A stretch of DNA of 40,721 nt from Candidatus Nanopelagicales bacterium (lineage in GTDB: Bacteria > Actinomycetota > Actinomycetes > S36-B12 > UBA5976). The position numbers and the translations under genes were made by a program. The notes beneath the pieces are model-generated. The model was given only the letters and a program-made list of their open reading frames with translations, was not told the DNA's origin and ran no database searches. Location: assembly GCA_038124905.1 (NCBI GenBank), contig JAYPCW010000003.1:1-40721 (forward strand), in the 5' to 3' direction. This document shows positions 1 through 8,283 of the stretch, piece after piece; the stretch's first letter is position 1; the number at the start of each line of letters is the position of its first letter.

Positions 1-528
1 AATATCAACCGGGCCTAAAATTCGCGCAGCGACTTTTCCTTCTTTATCCAAAACTAACGTAGTAGGGATTGCATTAGGTGAGAGCGTGTCTTTGAATTCT
101 AACAATATGCGCCCAGATTGATCTTCAATATTTTCATACTCAATTGTGAAGCGTTCTACAAAGTTTTGGGCTGAAGCCAAACTATCTCTAGTGTTGAGAC
201 CTAAGAAAACCACACCTTGCTCTCGCAGCTCTCGGTCCAAATCTGCAAGTTCTTTAGCTTCAGCTCGACATGGTGCGCACCAAGATCCCCAAACATTTAT
301 TACAACTACTTTCCCTTTTTGCTCAGAAAGAATAAATTCTTTATTTGAAAATGTCTTCTGGGCTATCTCTGGTGCCAGCTTTCTCTCAGCTTTTGGCAAA
401 AGCACGCTGGAGCCATCGCCTGCAACAAATCCAGTATCTGCAGAACTAATAGATGTCGGCTGAGCGCTGCCGCAACCAACCAAAATCAAGCAAAAAATTA
501 GAGATAAAGAGACAGCAAAAAATTTCAT
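1..528 (-). CDS. TlpA/ResA-family thiol-disulfide oxidoreductase lipoprotein (cytochrome c maturation); runs off the window edge
   Basis: Not in the ORF track. Manual translation from ATG 528 (ATGA overlap with the upstream stop): MKFFAVSLSLIFCLILVGC (lipobox)...GKVVVINVWGSWCAPCRAE...AIPTTLVLDKEGKVAARILGP. Confidence 0.92.
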   Translation of the reverse strand, partial: MKFFAVSLSLIFCLILVGCGSAQPTSISSADTGFVAGDGSSVLLPKAERKLAPEIAQKTFSNKEFILSEQKGKVVVINVWGSWCAPCRAEAKELADLDRELREQGVVFLGLNTRDSLASAQNFVERFTIEYENIEDQSGRILLEFKDTLSPNAIPTTLVLDKEGKVAARILGPVDI

Positions 529-1151
529 CTCTTAATTCTTGCTAATAAATCTCGGCTTGGTTCGTGATATTCAACACGCTCGAACTCATCACCCAAAAAA
601 TGTAAGCTGGTGACGCTCGCTAGAGAGCATTCGCGTTTTCTGGGACTGTGCACCAAATTTCGCCCTTCGAAAGACAGCCGGGCGACATAAATAGGTAATT
701 GATGAGAAACTAAAACAATTTCTTTTCCCTTTGCGGCTTTCCTAGCTGACTCAATGGCTGCCCGCATTCTGCTTGCTACCTGGTTATAAGGCTCACCCCA
801 CGAAGGAACAAAAGGGTTTCTCAGGTGCCACCAATTTCGTGGATTTTTTAGCGCGCCATCGCCAACAGAGACTCGCTTACCTTCAAATACATTTGTCGCT
901 TCAATAATTCTTTCATCGTGAACTATCTCCAAACCAAGTTTTTTGGCTGTCGGTTCAGCTGTTTGCTGGGCTCGTTCAAGTGGCGATGAAATAACTTTTA
1001 CTAAATCTCGGTCATGAAAAAAGTCAGCAGCCCTATCTGCCATTTCTAACCCGAGTTTTGACAAATAAAAGTTAGGTAAGCGACCATAAAGAACTTTGGT
1101 TGGGTTTTCTACCTCGCCATGGCGCAGCAAGTGAACAACGGTTTTTTCCAT
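525..1151 (-). CDS. Histidine phosphatase / phosphoglycerate mutase family protein (Rv0525-like)
   Basis: LLRHGE, SSPLERAQQTA and VSHQ motifs. Start moved to ATG 1151 (MEKTVV), 4 bp after the hemD stop. Confidence 0.88.
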   Translation of the reverse strand: MEKTVVHLLRHGEVENPTKVLYGRLPNFYLSKLGLEMADRAADFFHDRDLVKVISSPLERAQQTAEPTAKKLGLEIVHDERIIEATNVFEGKRVSVGDGALKNPRNWWHLRNPFVPSWGEPYNQVASRMRAAIESARKAAKGKEIVLVSHQLPIYVARLSFEGRNLVHSPRKRECSLASVTSLHFLGDEFERVEYHEPSRDLLARIKR

Positions 1152-1155
1152 AGAT

Positions 1156-2745
1156 TTAGTATCTACGACGCAACGCATTTCGGCGCTTTGATGGGCGCCA
1201 AGAAGTTTCACCTTTTTCTAATGCGGTTTCCTTAAGTTTTTCTCCGAAGGCTGCTAAAGCTTCAATTAAAACTGTCATGTTTGGTTCTTCAGCTTGCACG
1301 CTCACCACTAGGCCGTGTTCCTCGGCTGCTTGCGCGGTGGCAGGTCCAATTACCGCAATCACAGTTGTGGGGTGAGGCTTACCAGCAATACCCACTAAAT
1401 TTCTTACCGTGCTTGCAGAAGAGAAAAGTACCGCGTCAAAGCCCCCAGTCTTAATAGCTTCACGAATTTCAGCAGCAGGAGGTGCCGCGCGTACAGTTCT
1501 AAAAGCTGTGATGTCCTCAACTTCCCAGCCTTTTTTAATCATTCCTTCTGCTAAAGATTCAACGGCAATGTCAGCTCGAGGTAAAAAAACTCGATTAATT
1601 GGATCAAAAACTTGGTCATAAGTCGGCCAGACTTCTAGCAAATCATCTGAGCTATCTGATTTATCTGGTACCAAATCTGGTTGCACACCAAATTCAATTA
1701 GCGACTCAACTGTTTTGTCTCCGATAGCTGCCACTTTGATGCCTGAGAATGCCCTAGCGTCTAAGCCATATTCAGCTAGTTTTTCTTTGACAGCTCGAAC
1801 CGCATTTGTACTGGTAAATGCCACCCATTGATAGCGCCCGCTTACCAAACCATTTACTGCCCGTTCCATTTGTTGCGGAGTGCGTGGTGGTTCAACAGAA
1901 ATTGTTGGGACATCAATTGTGACTGCCCCATAACGCGTCAATAATTTTGCAGCTTTACCACCATCGTCTTTGGTTCTAGGTACTAAAACCTTCCAACCAA
2001 AAAGTGGCTTACTTTCAAACCAAGAGTATTTTGCGCGATTTGAAACGGGGTCTCCAATAATTACTAATCCCGGCCCCGATTGACGGGCAGCTTTCGCGTC
2101 CGCACTCATACGGTCCAGGGTTGAGACTACGCTTCTTTGCTCAACGGTGGATCCTTCACGAGTTACCACCATTGGGGTTTCCCCATCGCGACCTCGAGCT
2201 ACTAAATTGTTGGCAATTTGTCCAGCTTTATCTGTGGCATTCAAAATTATCAGGGTAACTTTTGGATCTAAATGCTCTGACCAATCAATTGGATGCAGTG
2301 CATCAAGAATTCTTATCTCTTTGCTTTTACCCGAAAACAATGAAACGCCAGCATGAGCTGGAGTCGCAGTAACGCTCGATAATCCTGGAATATATTCAAA
2401 TTCAATCTTTGCTTTATTTAAAGCTGAAATTTCTTTGCTTAAGGCATCTGTCAACATTGGATCATCAGCGCATAAGCGGACTACAGCTTTTCCTTCTTTG
2501 GCAGGATCAATTGCAAACTTAATTTTTAAGTCACCACTCATTGGCAAATCTTCATCAATTGTGGTGCTGATGATTTCGGCTTGCGGTGCCAAGTGTTGAG
2601 CAAAATCCTCTAAATACTCATCAGCGATAACCAAGTCTGCTTCTTTAAGCGCATTGAGCGCGCGTAGCGGCAACAGGTCAGGTTCAGCAGGGCCGGCACC
2701 AATAAACATTATTGGATGCAAAGCTGATTTACGTTTACTCGTCAC
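1156..2745 (-). CDS. hemD: Fused uroporphyrinogen-III methyltransferase-like domain / uroporphyrinogen-III synthase (CobA-HemD)
   Basis: N-terminal FIGAGPAEPDLL tetrapyrrole-methylase fold; linker WFESKPLFGWKVLVPRTK; HemD-domain motifs FTSTNAV, FLPRADIA, FSSASTVRN. Confidence 0.9.
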   Translation of the reverse strand: MTSKRKSALHPIMFIGAGPAEPDLLPLRALNALKEADLVIADEYLEDFAQHLAPQAEIISTTIDEDLPMSGDLKIKFAIDPAKEGKAVVRLCADDPMLTDALSKEISALNKAKIEFEYIPGLSSVTATPAHAGVSLFSGKSKEIRILDALHPIDWSEHLDPKVTLIILNATDKAGQIANNLVARGRDGETPMVVTREGSTVEQRSVVSTLDRMSADAKAARQSGPGLVIIGDPVSNRAKYSWFESKPLFGWKVLVPRTKDDGGKAAKLLTRYGAVTIDVPTISVEPPRTPQQMERAVNGLVSGRYQWVAFTSTNAVRAVKEKLAEYGLDARAFSGIKVAAIGDKTVESLIEFGVQPDLVPDKSDSSDDLLEVWPTYDQVFDPINRVFLPRADIAVESLAEGMIKKGWEVEDITAFRTVRAAPPAAEIREAIKTGGFDAVLFSSASTVRNLVGIAGKPHPTTVIAVIGPATAQAAEEHGLVVSVQAEEPNMTVLIEALAAFGEKLKETALEKGETSWRPSKRRNALRRRY

Positions 2746-2757
2746 TTAATTTATCTC

Positions 2758-3438
2758 CTATGCGGTTTTTTCTTCTATTTTCTTTTGTTCGTGAAATGCC
2801 AAAATTTGTAATTCGCTTGCTAAATCAACTCTTCTTACATCAACGCCTTTTGGAGTAACTAGATGTATTGGGGCAAAGTTTAAAATACTAGTAACGCCAG
2901 CATTTACCAAATCGTCGCAAACTTTTTGGGCGACTTCAGCTGGTACTGCAATCACACCTAACTTGGCTTTTAATTGCTTGGTCGCTTTAGCTAAATCATT
3001 TGCCGGAAGTATTTCGATTTCAGATTTTCCAGTTTTTACTTTTGTTCCGACTAATTTTTGGTCATGATCAAACAATCCAACAATTTGAAAGCCGCGTGAG
3101 CCGAACCCTCCATAGCGAGCCAAAGCTCTTCCTAAGTTTCCTAACCCCACTATCACCACGGGCCACTCGTTGTTTAAGCCCATTTCGCGAGCAATTTGAA
3201 AACGTAAATATTCAACTTCATAACCCACGCCACGCGTGCCATATGTTCCCAAGTAAGAAAGATCTTTTCGCAATTTTGCACTAGTGACCCCAGTAATTTC
3301 TGCCAACTCTTCGCTAGAGACTCTTGCCTCCCCGCGTTCAAACAATTGAGTTAAAGCACGGTAATAAATTGGCAATCGTGCTACCGTGGCCGCGGGAATC
3401 TTGCCGCGTTTAACTGGCGGAACTTGTCGAAGTGGCAA
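2758..3438 (-). CDS. rex: Redox-sensing transcriptional repressor Rex
   Basis: IPAATVARLPIY, RKDLSYLGTYGTRGVGY, GLGNLG Rossmann motif, ILNFAP. Start uncertain: TTG 3438 preferred because the track start (3504) lies inside the Rex operator. Confidence 0.95.
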   Translation of the reverse strand: MPLRQVPPVKRGKIPAATVARLPIYYRALTQLFERGEARVSSEELAEITGVTSAKLRKDLSYLGTYGTRGVGYEVEYLRFQIAREMGLNNEWPVVIVGLGNLGRALARYGGFGSRGFQIVGLFDHDQKLVGTKVKTGKSEIEILPANDLAKATKQLKAKLGVIAVPAEVAQKVCDDLVNAGVTSILNFAPIHLVTPKGVDVRRVDLASELQILAFHEQKKIEEKTA

Positions 3439-3486
3439 TTTTGGTCTACCTATTTTGAGTGGATTTGTAATCCATACTCTAGAGAT

Positions 3487-3504
3487 TTGTGAAGAAAAGC
3501 ACAA
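3487..3504. promoter_or_regulatory. Rex operator upstream of rex (autoregulation)
   Basis: TTGTGAA-GAAA-AGCACAA matches TTGTGAA-N4-TTCACAA. The palindrome extends to GATTTGTG...CACAAATC and sits just upstream of a TAGAGT -10 (minus strand, 3481-3476). Confidence 0.85.
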
Positions 3505-3515
3505 ATCCCCTTTAT

Positions 3516-3752
3516 TTACTTGCCCAAGGCCGCACGCAATTTATCTGGATCTACCCGCCAGGCTGAATGCTGAATTCCATCGATTAACACCACCGGGATT
3601 TCTTCTTGAAATCTAAGGGCTAAATCTGGATTTTCTTCAATAAAAATTTTTGAATACTCAAGCCCCAGTTCTTCACAAATTTGATGTAAAACTGCTTCGG
3701 CTTCCTCACAAAGATGACAACCGGATTTTGTAATGAACGAAATGTCAGGCAA
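3516..3752 (-). CDS. Glutaredoxin-like protein (DUF836 / Rv0508-like)
   Basis: ITKSGCHLCEEA CxxC motif and IPVVLIDG; usual position upstream of the rex/hem locus. Confidence 0.88.
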   Translation of the reverse strand: MPDISFITKSGCHLCEEAEAVLHQICEELGLEYSKIFIEENPDLALRFQEEIPVVLIDGIQHSAWRVDPDKLRAALGK

Positions 3753-3756
3753 TTGC

Positions 3757-3852
3757 CTACTTCTTGCGTCTTGCTACCCGAGTCTTGCGCAAAAGCTTGC
3801 GGTGCTTTTTCTTAGCCATCCGCTTGCGACGCTTCTTGATAACTGAACCCAC
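3757..3852 (-). CDS. 30S ribosomal protein bS22 (AURKAIP1/COX24 domain, Rv0500B-like), 31 aa
   Basis: Below the track cutoff. GTG start; [31 protein letters not shown]. Confidence 0.95.
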   Translation of the reverse strand: MGSVIKKRRKRMAKKKHRKLLRKTRVARRKK

Positions 3853-3900
3853 AGATTCACTTTCTCTCTTTAGTGCTTGCCAAATGCTATCCAAATGCCA

Positions 3901-3930
3901 ACGACGCCCCACCAATCGGTCAGGCGTCGT
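3901..3930 (-). other. GC-rich stem-loop at the predicted 5' end of the bS22 leader
   Basis: ACGACGCC/GGCGTCGT inverted repeat just downstream of a TAAAGT -10-like hexamer (minus strand, 3944-3939). Confidence 0.45.
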
Positions 3931-3954
3931 CGCTTACGACTTTAAAGCTTGGGG

Positions 3955-4164
3955 TTAGCCTGCTTCGACGAAAGATTCACGCAAGTAATCGCCGACTGCA
4001 TGCTCCGGTACGCGGAACGAACGGCCTACGCGCACTGCTGGCAATGTGCCGGAGTGGACTAGACGGTAAACAGTCATTTTTGATACTCGCATACTTGTTG
4101 CAACTTCTGCAACAGTGAGGAACCGAACCTCGCCTAAGGGTCGCTCTGAATTTGCGGCCATCAT
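3955..4164 (-). CDS. Excisionase-like / MerR-type HTH DNA-binding protein (Rv0500A-like)
   Basis: RFLTVAEVATSMRVSKMTVYRLVHSGTLPAVRVGRSFRVP; conserved between proC and bS22 in actinobacteria. Start is 4164 or 4161. Confidence 0.92.
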   Translation of the reverse strand: MMAANSERPLGEVRFLTVAEVATSMRVSKMTVYRLVHSGTLPAVRVGRSFRVPEHAVGDYLRESFVEAG

Positions 4165-4174
4165 TACCTCTTTC

Positions 4175-4219
4175 CGAACCCAAAATGCGATGGCTTCCCC
4201 TCCGCCGCTTTTGTGTTCG
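4175..4219 (-). other. Imperfect 5'-UTR hairpin with purine-rich loop
   Basis: Minus strand CGAAC-A-CAAAA-GCGGCGG-[AGGGGAAG]-CCATCGC-A-TTTTG-G-GTTCG, ending just before the GAAAGAGGT RBS. Confidence 0.45.
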
Positions 4220-4301
4220 AGACGAACTTAGCCCCTACCTAATGGGAGTGGCAAGTGGGGTAGCCCTTGACTAAACCAAAGATTGAGACTAGAGAGAAAA
4301 T

Positions 4302-5099
4302 TTAACCCTGCCGCAACTGGTGAGCACGCGCAATTGCTGCACTTAACGCCTCGTAAACCAACTTTGAAGCTCCGCTCGCTTCAATTACCTCAATTGCAGC
4401 TTGAGTTGTACCTTTAGGTGAAGTTACTTTGGCTCTTAATTGCTCTGCAGAATCATTTGTTTGATCTAACAACATGCCTGATCCGATAAAAGTTTCTCTA
4501 ACAATCAATTCAGCAACCTCTTTACTTAACCCTAGAGCAACTGCAGTGTTAGTTAAATTTTCAATTAACCAAAAAAAGTAGGCAGGCCCAGAGCCACTAA
4601 CCGCAGCTACTACATCTATCAAGTCTTCTGCAACAACTACGCATGTTCCGACTGTTTCAAGTAGCTCCTTTGCGGTGTTTAAGTAATCTAGATTGCAGGT
4701 AGGCGCTGCTGCCAAGCCAGTTGTGCCTCTTTGAACCAAAGCTGGAGTGTTTGGCATAGCTCTTACTACTGGGTTCGAGGTGCCTAATTGTTCAAGTATG
4801 AAGCTGGTTGTTACTCCGACGGCCATAGAAATGACCAGAGTCTGCGGCTTAATAACCTTTCCTAACTCGTTTAAAACTACTTTTATGTCTTGGGGCTTTA
4901 CGCCGATTAAAATCACGTCGGCCTCGTGCGCTAATGCGATATCATCGACCACCTCAACTACATAAGTTTCTCGAAGATAATTAGCTCTTTCTATGCTGCG
5001 TTGCACTATCAAAAGATCATCTTTATTAATGTTCTCTTTTAACCAACCTTTTAAAATGGCTTCGCCCATAGCACCACAGCCAATAATGGTAATTTTCAT
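4302..5099 (-). CDS. proC: Pyrroline-5-carboxylate reductase
   Basis: IIGCGAMG, VKPQ, VRAMPNTP, AVSGSGPAY, VTSPKGTT. Start ATG 5099 overlaps the upstream TGA (ATGA). Confidence 0.96.
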   Translation of the reverse strand: MKITIIGCGAMGEAILKGWLKENINKDDLLIVQRSIERANYLRETYVVEVVDDIALAHEADVILIGVKPQDIKVVLNELGKVIKPQTLVISMAVGVTTSFILEQLGTSNPVVRAMPNTPALVQRGTTGLAAAPTCNLDYLNTAKELLETVGTCVVVAEDLIDVVAAVSGSGPAYFFWLIENLTNTAVALGLSKEVAELIVRETFIGSGMLLDQTNDSAEQLRAKVTSPKGTTQAAIEVIEASGASKLVYEALSAAIARAHQLRQG

Positions 5100-5998
5100 A
5101 AATAGGACTTCACCGTCTGAAACAAAGATTCTGGAGCATGAGTAATTCTGCGCATCACATAGGGATACCAATCTGGTCCAAATGGTAGGTAAACCCTTAC
5201 TGGTTGATCAAAGTTTAGAAGTCGCTCATGATTTCTCTTTGGCATTCCATGAGTAATTTGAAATTCAACGCTCCCTGCTTCTCTTTGAACGTCGGCGGCG
5301 ATAAAGCCCGCAATCTCAATCAGCCGGGAGTCATGGGTTGCCACTGTTACTTTGGCCGAGCCCTCTAACAATGTGCGAAGACACTTCACATAGGAACGAT
5401 CAACATCGATCATCTTTTGGTAACCCCGCCATTCAGGCGTTTTATAGGTTCCTCGGGTTAGTCGCACCCGCACCTCTTGATTAGTCAATTCCTCTGCCTG
5501 GGCTTGCGCACCTCTCAATTCGCTTAGCAGCGTAAACCCACAAGCAGGGTATTCTGCATGCAAGGTTTTTGTGATGTCAAATATCCAATCAGGATCGTCT
5601 CCATCATCCACTTCGATTATCACCGGAATCTCATACTCTTTTGCTTTAGTGATTATTGAAAATAGATGAGCGCCCGCCTTTTCTTTATTTCCTAACTGTG
5701 ACGGCTTAATTGAAACTTCAGTTTTGTCATTTAATTTTGCCAGGCTAATTTGCTCTAGCATTTCAAGATAAACCTGGTGTGTATTGGCAGCCTCATTTGG
5801 ATTAATAGCATTTTTTTGCAGGTAAGCCAAAGAAACTAAATAGTTATCTTGAATAAAGTTTTTGCTTACCGCTAAGGCTTCAAAGATATCTTCACCTGCA
5901 ACATAGCGTTTAGCAAAGTTTTTAAAGAAACCACTAGCCTCTAGGGGCTGTCTTAGTGGATCAGCCTCTACCCACTCCATGAAAGTTCTTCTAACCAC
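5096..5998 (-). CDS. Monofunctional proline dehydrogenase family protein, diverged
   Basis: RYVAGE, VSIKPSQLG, VRLTRGTY, VATHD, EFQ, RVYLPFGPDWYPYVMRR. GTG 5998 lies 6 nt after TACCCT (leaderless). Confidence 0.82.
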   Translation of the reverse strand: MVRRTFMEWVEADPLRQPLEASGFFKNFAKRYVAGEDIFEALAVSKNFIQDNYLVSLAYLQKNAINPNEAANTHQVYLEMLEQISLAKLNDKTEVSIKPSQLGNKEKAGAHLFSIITKAKEYEIPVIIEVDDGDDPDWIFDITKTLHAEYPACGFTLLSELRGAQAQAEELTNQEVRVRLTRGTYKTPEWRGYQKMIDVDRSYVKCLRTLLEGSAKVTVATHDSRLIEIAGFIAADVQREAGSVEFQITHGMPKRNHERLLNFDQPVRVYLPFGPDWYPYVMRRITHAPESLFQTVKSYL

Positions 5999-6078
5999 AC
6001 TCCTAGGGTATGACTTCACAAATTCACATAAACGGGCGCGGGTCAATAGAAGATTAGATAGCAGATATGTTTGAGGTC

Positions 6079-6873
6079 ATGCCTGAAATTGCAACCGATT
6101 TTCCCCGAGCTTGGCTGGAGTTTGAAGATCCCGAATTTGAAGAGACCATCTATCGCTGTGACCTAACATGGCTTACCTCTAGCTGGCAGTGCATTTTTGG
6201 TAATGGCTGTAAAGGTATTGAAAAAGATAAGCCTGATTACGGATGCTGCGTACATGGCGCTCATTTCGATCCAAAAAAAGAAAAAAAACGCGTACAAAAA
6301 TACGTAAATAAACTCACCCCCGACATTTGGCAAAATTATGAAGCTGGAAAAACCAAAAAGGGTTGGTACGAAAAAGATGAAGATGGAGAATTAAAAACTA
6401 GCGTTTTTCATAATGCTTGCATTTTTCATAATCGCAAAGATTTCGCTGGCGGTGAAGGTTGCGCCCTGCACTCCTATGCACTAAAAAATGGCATCAAACC
6501 TCAAGAAACAAAGCCTGACGTGTGCTGGCAACTTCCGATTCGTCGTTCATACAACAACAGAAAATATGAAGATGGAGTTGAATTTCAAATCATCACCATT
6601 GAGGAATACCAACGTCGTGACTGGGGCGACGGTGGTCATGACATGGATTGGTATTGCTCTTCAAATACTGAAGCCCATACAGCTTCAGTCCCGGTTTATC
6701 TCAGCGAGAAGGACACCCTTATTGAATTAATGGGTGAAGCATCTTATGAGATTTTAAAAACGCATTGTGATGCCAGGATGAAAGCAATTTCTGCGATTAA
6801 AGAATTGCCTGGTCGTGAAGCAAAAAAAGTTCTACTTTCGCTGCAATTGCACCCAGCTTCAAACTGGGAGTAA
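6079..6873 (+). CDS. Conserved actinobacterial Cys-rich hypothetical protein (DUF3109-like; probably metal or Fe-S binding)
   Basis: DLTWLTSSWQCIFGNGC, GCC, ACIF, GCALH, KPDVCWQLP. ATG 6079 lies 7 nt after TATGTT. Confidence 0.7.
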   Translation: MPEIATDFPRAWLEFEDPEFEETIYRCDLTWLTSSWQCIFGNGCKGIEKDKPDYGCCVHGAHFDPKKEKKRVQKYVNKLTPDIWQNYEAGKTKKGWYEKDEDGELKTSVFHNACIFHNRKDFAGGEGCALHSYALKNGIKPQETKPDVCWQLPIRRSYNNRKYEDGVEFQIITIEEYQRRDWGDGGHDMDWYCSSNTEAHTASVPVYLSEKDTLIELMGEASYEILKTHCDARMKAISAIKELPGREAKKVLLSLQLHPASNWE

Positions 6874-6902
6874 AAGTCAGCCTTAGGTATTAAATTAACT
6901 TC

Positions 6903-8279
6903 ATGAGCAAAACCCTTGCCTATCGATGCACAGAATGCGGGTGGAATACCGCTAAATGGGTTGGGCGCTGTGGTGAATGCCAATCTTGGGGCACAGTTGA
7001 AGAATTAGGTGCCAGTAAATTAAAAAATATTCAACCGGGTCCAGTAACTTTCGCCGCACAAAAAATTGGTGAAGTAGACGTAAAAGTAGCCACCGCAAAA
7101 AGCTCTGGGCAGAGTGAATTAGATCGTGTATTAGGTGGCGGAATCGTCCCAGGTTCAGTGCTGCTCTTGGCCGGCGAACCAGGCATCGGTAAGTCAACTC
7201 TGCTTTTAGAGGTGGCCGCTAGTTGGGCCAAAACAAATGGGACCTCGCTCTACTTAACAGGTGAAGAGTCTGCTTCTCAGGTTCGCCTGAGGGCTGAGCG
7301 ACTGAAAGCGATTGCAGATAATTTATTTCTCGCCAGCGAAACAGAACTTTCAGCTGTTTTATCTCACATTGAGCAAGTAAAGCCGTCGCTATTAATAATC
7401 GACAGCATTCAAACCATCAATTCTGCAGATTTACCTGCGACTTTAGGCGGGGTTTCGCAAGTTCGAGAAGTCGCTGCCGCACTTATTCGAGTCGCTAAAG
7501 AAAAAAATATTGCAACAATTCTGGTAGGCCACGTCACCAAAGATGGTTCGATAGCTGGCCCAAGAGTTTTAGAACATTTAGTTGATGTGGTCTTGCAAAT
7601 AGAAGGTGAGCGTCATGCTCGCTTGCGTTTGCTTCGAGCAGTTAAAAATAGATTTGGCCCTGCCGATGAAATTGGTTGTTTTGATTTAAGAGAATCTGGA
7701 ATGATTGGCTTAGCTGATCCGTCAGGGTTATTTCTTTCCAGCAGACAAGATGAAGTGAGTGGCTCTTGTATTTCTTTAACGATTGAAGGTACTCGACCTA
7801 TCCCCACTGAAATCCAAGCTTTAGTTGCGAAAAGTGCTCTGGCTTCACCCAGGCGTGCTACCAGTGGGCTTGACTCTGCACGCTGCGCAATGGTGCTTGC
7901 AGTTTTAGAAAGGCGTGCTGGGTTAAGACTTAGTGATCAAGATGTTTACTTAGCAACAGTTGGCGGTGTAAAAATCACCGAACCTGCTGCAGATTTAGCA
8001 ATCGCCCTTGCCCTGGCAAGCGCTCGTACAGATGCAGCAATTTCAAACAAAGTAATTGCGATTGGTGAAGTTGGACTTGCTGGTGAAGTTAGGGGGGTAA
8101 CTGGTTTAGCGCGCCGTTTATCAGAGGCTGCCCGCCTGGGTTACTCAACTGCCATCGTACCGATTTCGAAGGACCTAGAACTCAACGAAAAAAAATTCAA
8201 GAATTTAGAAATAGTCCAAGTAGCTAATATTAAAGAAGCAATCGCTCATGCTAAATTAAATAAACCCGTAATTGATTAA
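6903..8279 (+). CDS. radA: DNA repair protein RadA/Sms
   Basis: C4 zinc finger (CTECG...GRCGEC), Walker A GEPGIGKST, KNRFG, Lon-like C-terminal domain. Confidence 0.97.
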   Translation: MSKTLAYRCTECGWNTAKWVGRCGECQSWGTVEELGASKLKNIQPGPVTFAAQKIGEVDVKVATAKSSGQSELDRVLGGGIVPGSVLLLAGEPGIGKSTLLLEVAASWAKTNGTSLYLTGEESASQVRLRAERLKAIADNLFLASETELSAVLSHIEQVKPSLLIIDSIQTINSADLPATLGGVSQVREVAAALIRVAKEKNIATILVGHVTKDGSIAGPRVLEHLVDVVLQIEGERHARLRLLRAVKNRFGPADEIGCFDLRESGMIGLADPSGLFLSSRQDEVSGSCISLTIEGTRPIPTEIQALVAKSALASPRRATSGLDSARCAMVLAVLERRAGLRLSDQDVYLATVGGVKITEPAADLAIALALASARTDAAISNKVIAIGEVGLAGEVRGVTGLARRLSEAARLGYSTAIVPISKDLELNEKKFKNLEIVQVANIKEAIAHAKLNKPVID

Positions 8280-8283
8280 AAAT

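Noticed and set aside
3955-4164. Excisionase-like HTH as evidence of a prophage or integrative element
   Set aside because: It is a conserved core gene between proC and bS22; no integrase, att repeat or phage gene is nearby.
6011-6030. TTCACA-AA-TTCACA between divergent promoters as a second Rex or CRP site
   Set aside because: It is a direct repeat of half-sites with no inverted partner at Rex (N4) or CRP (N6) spacing.
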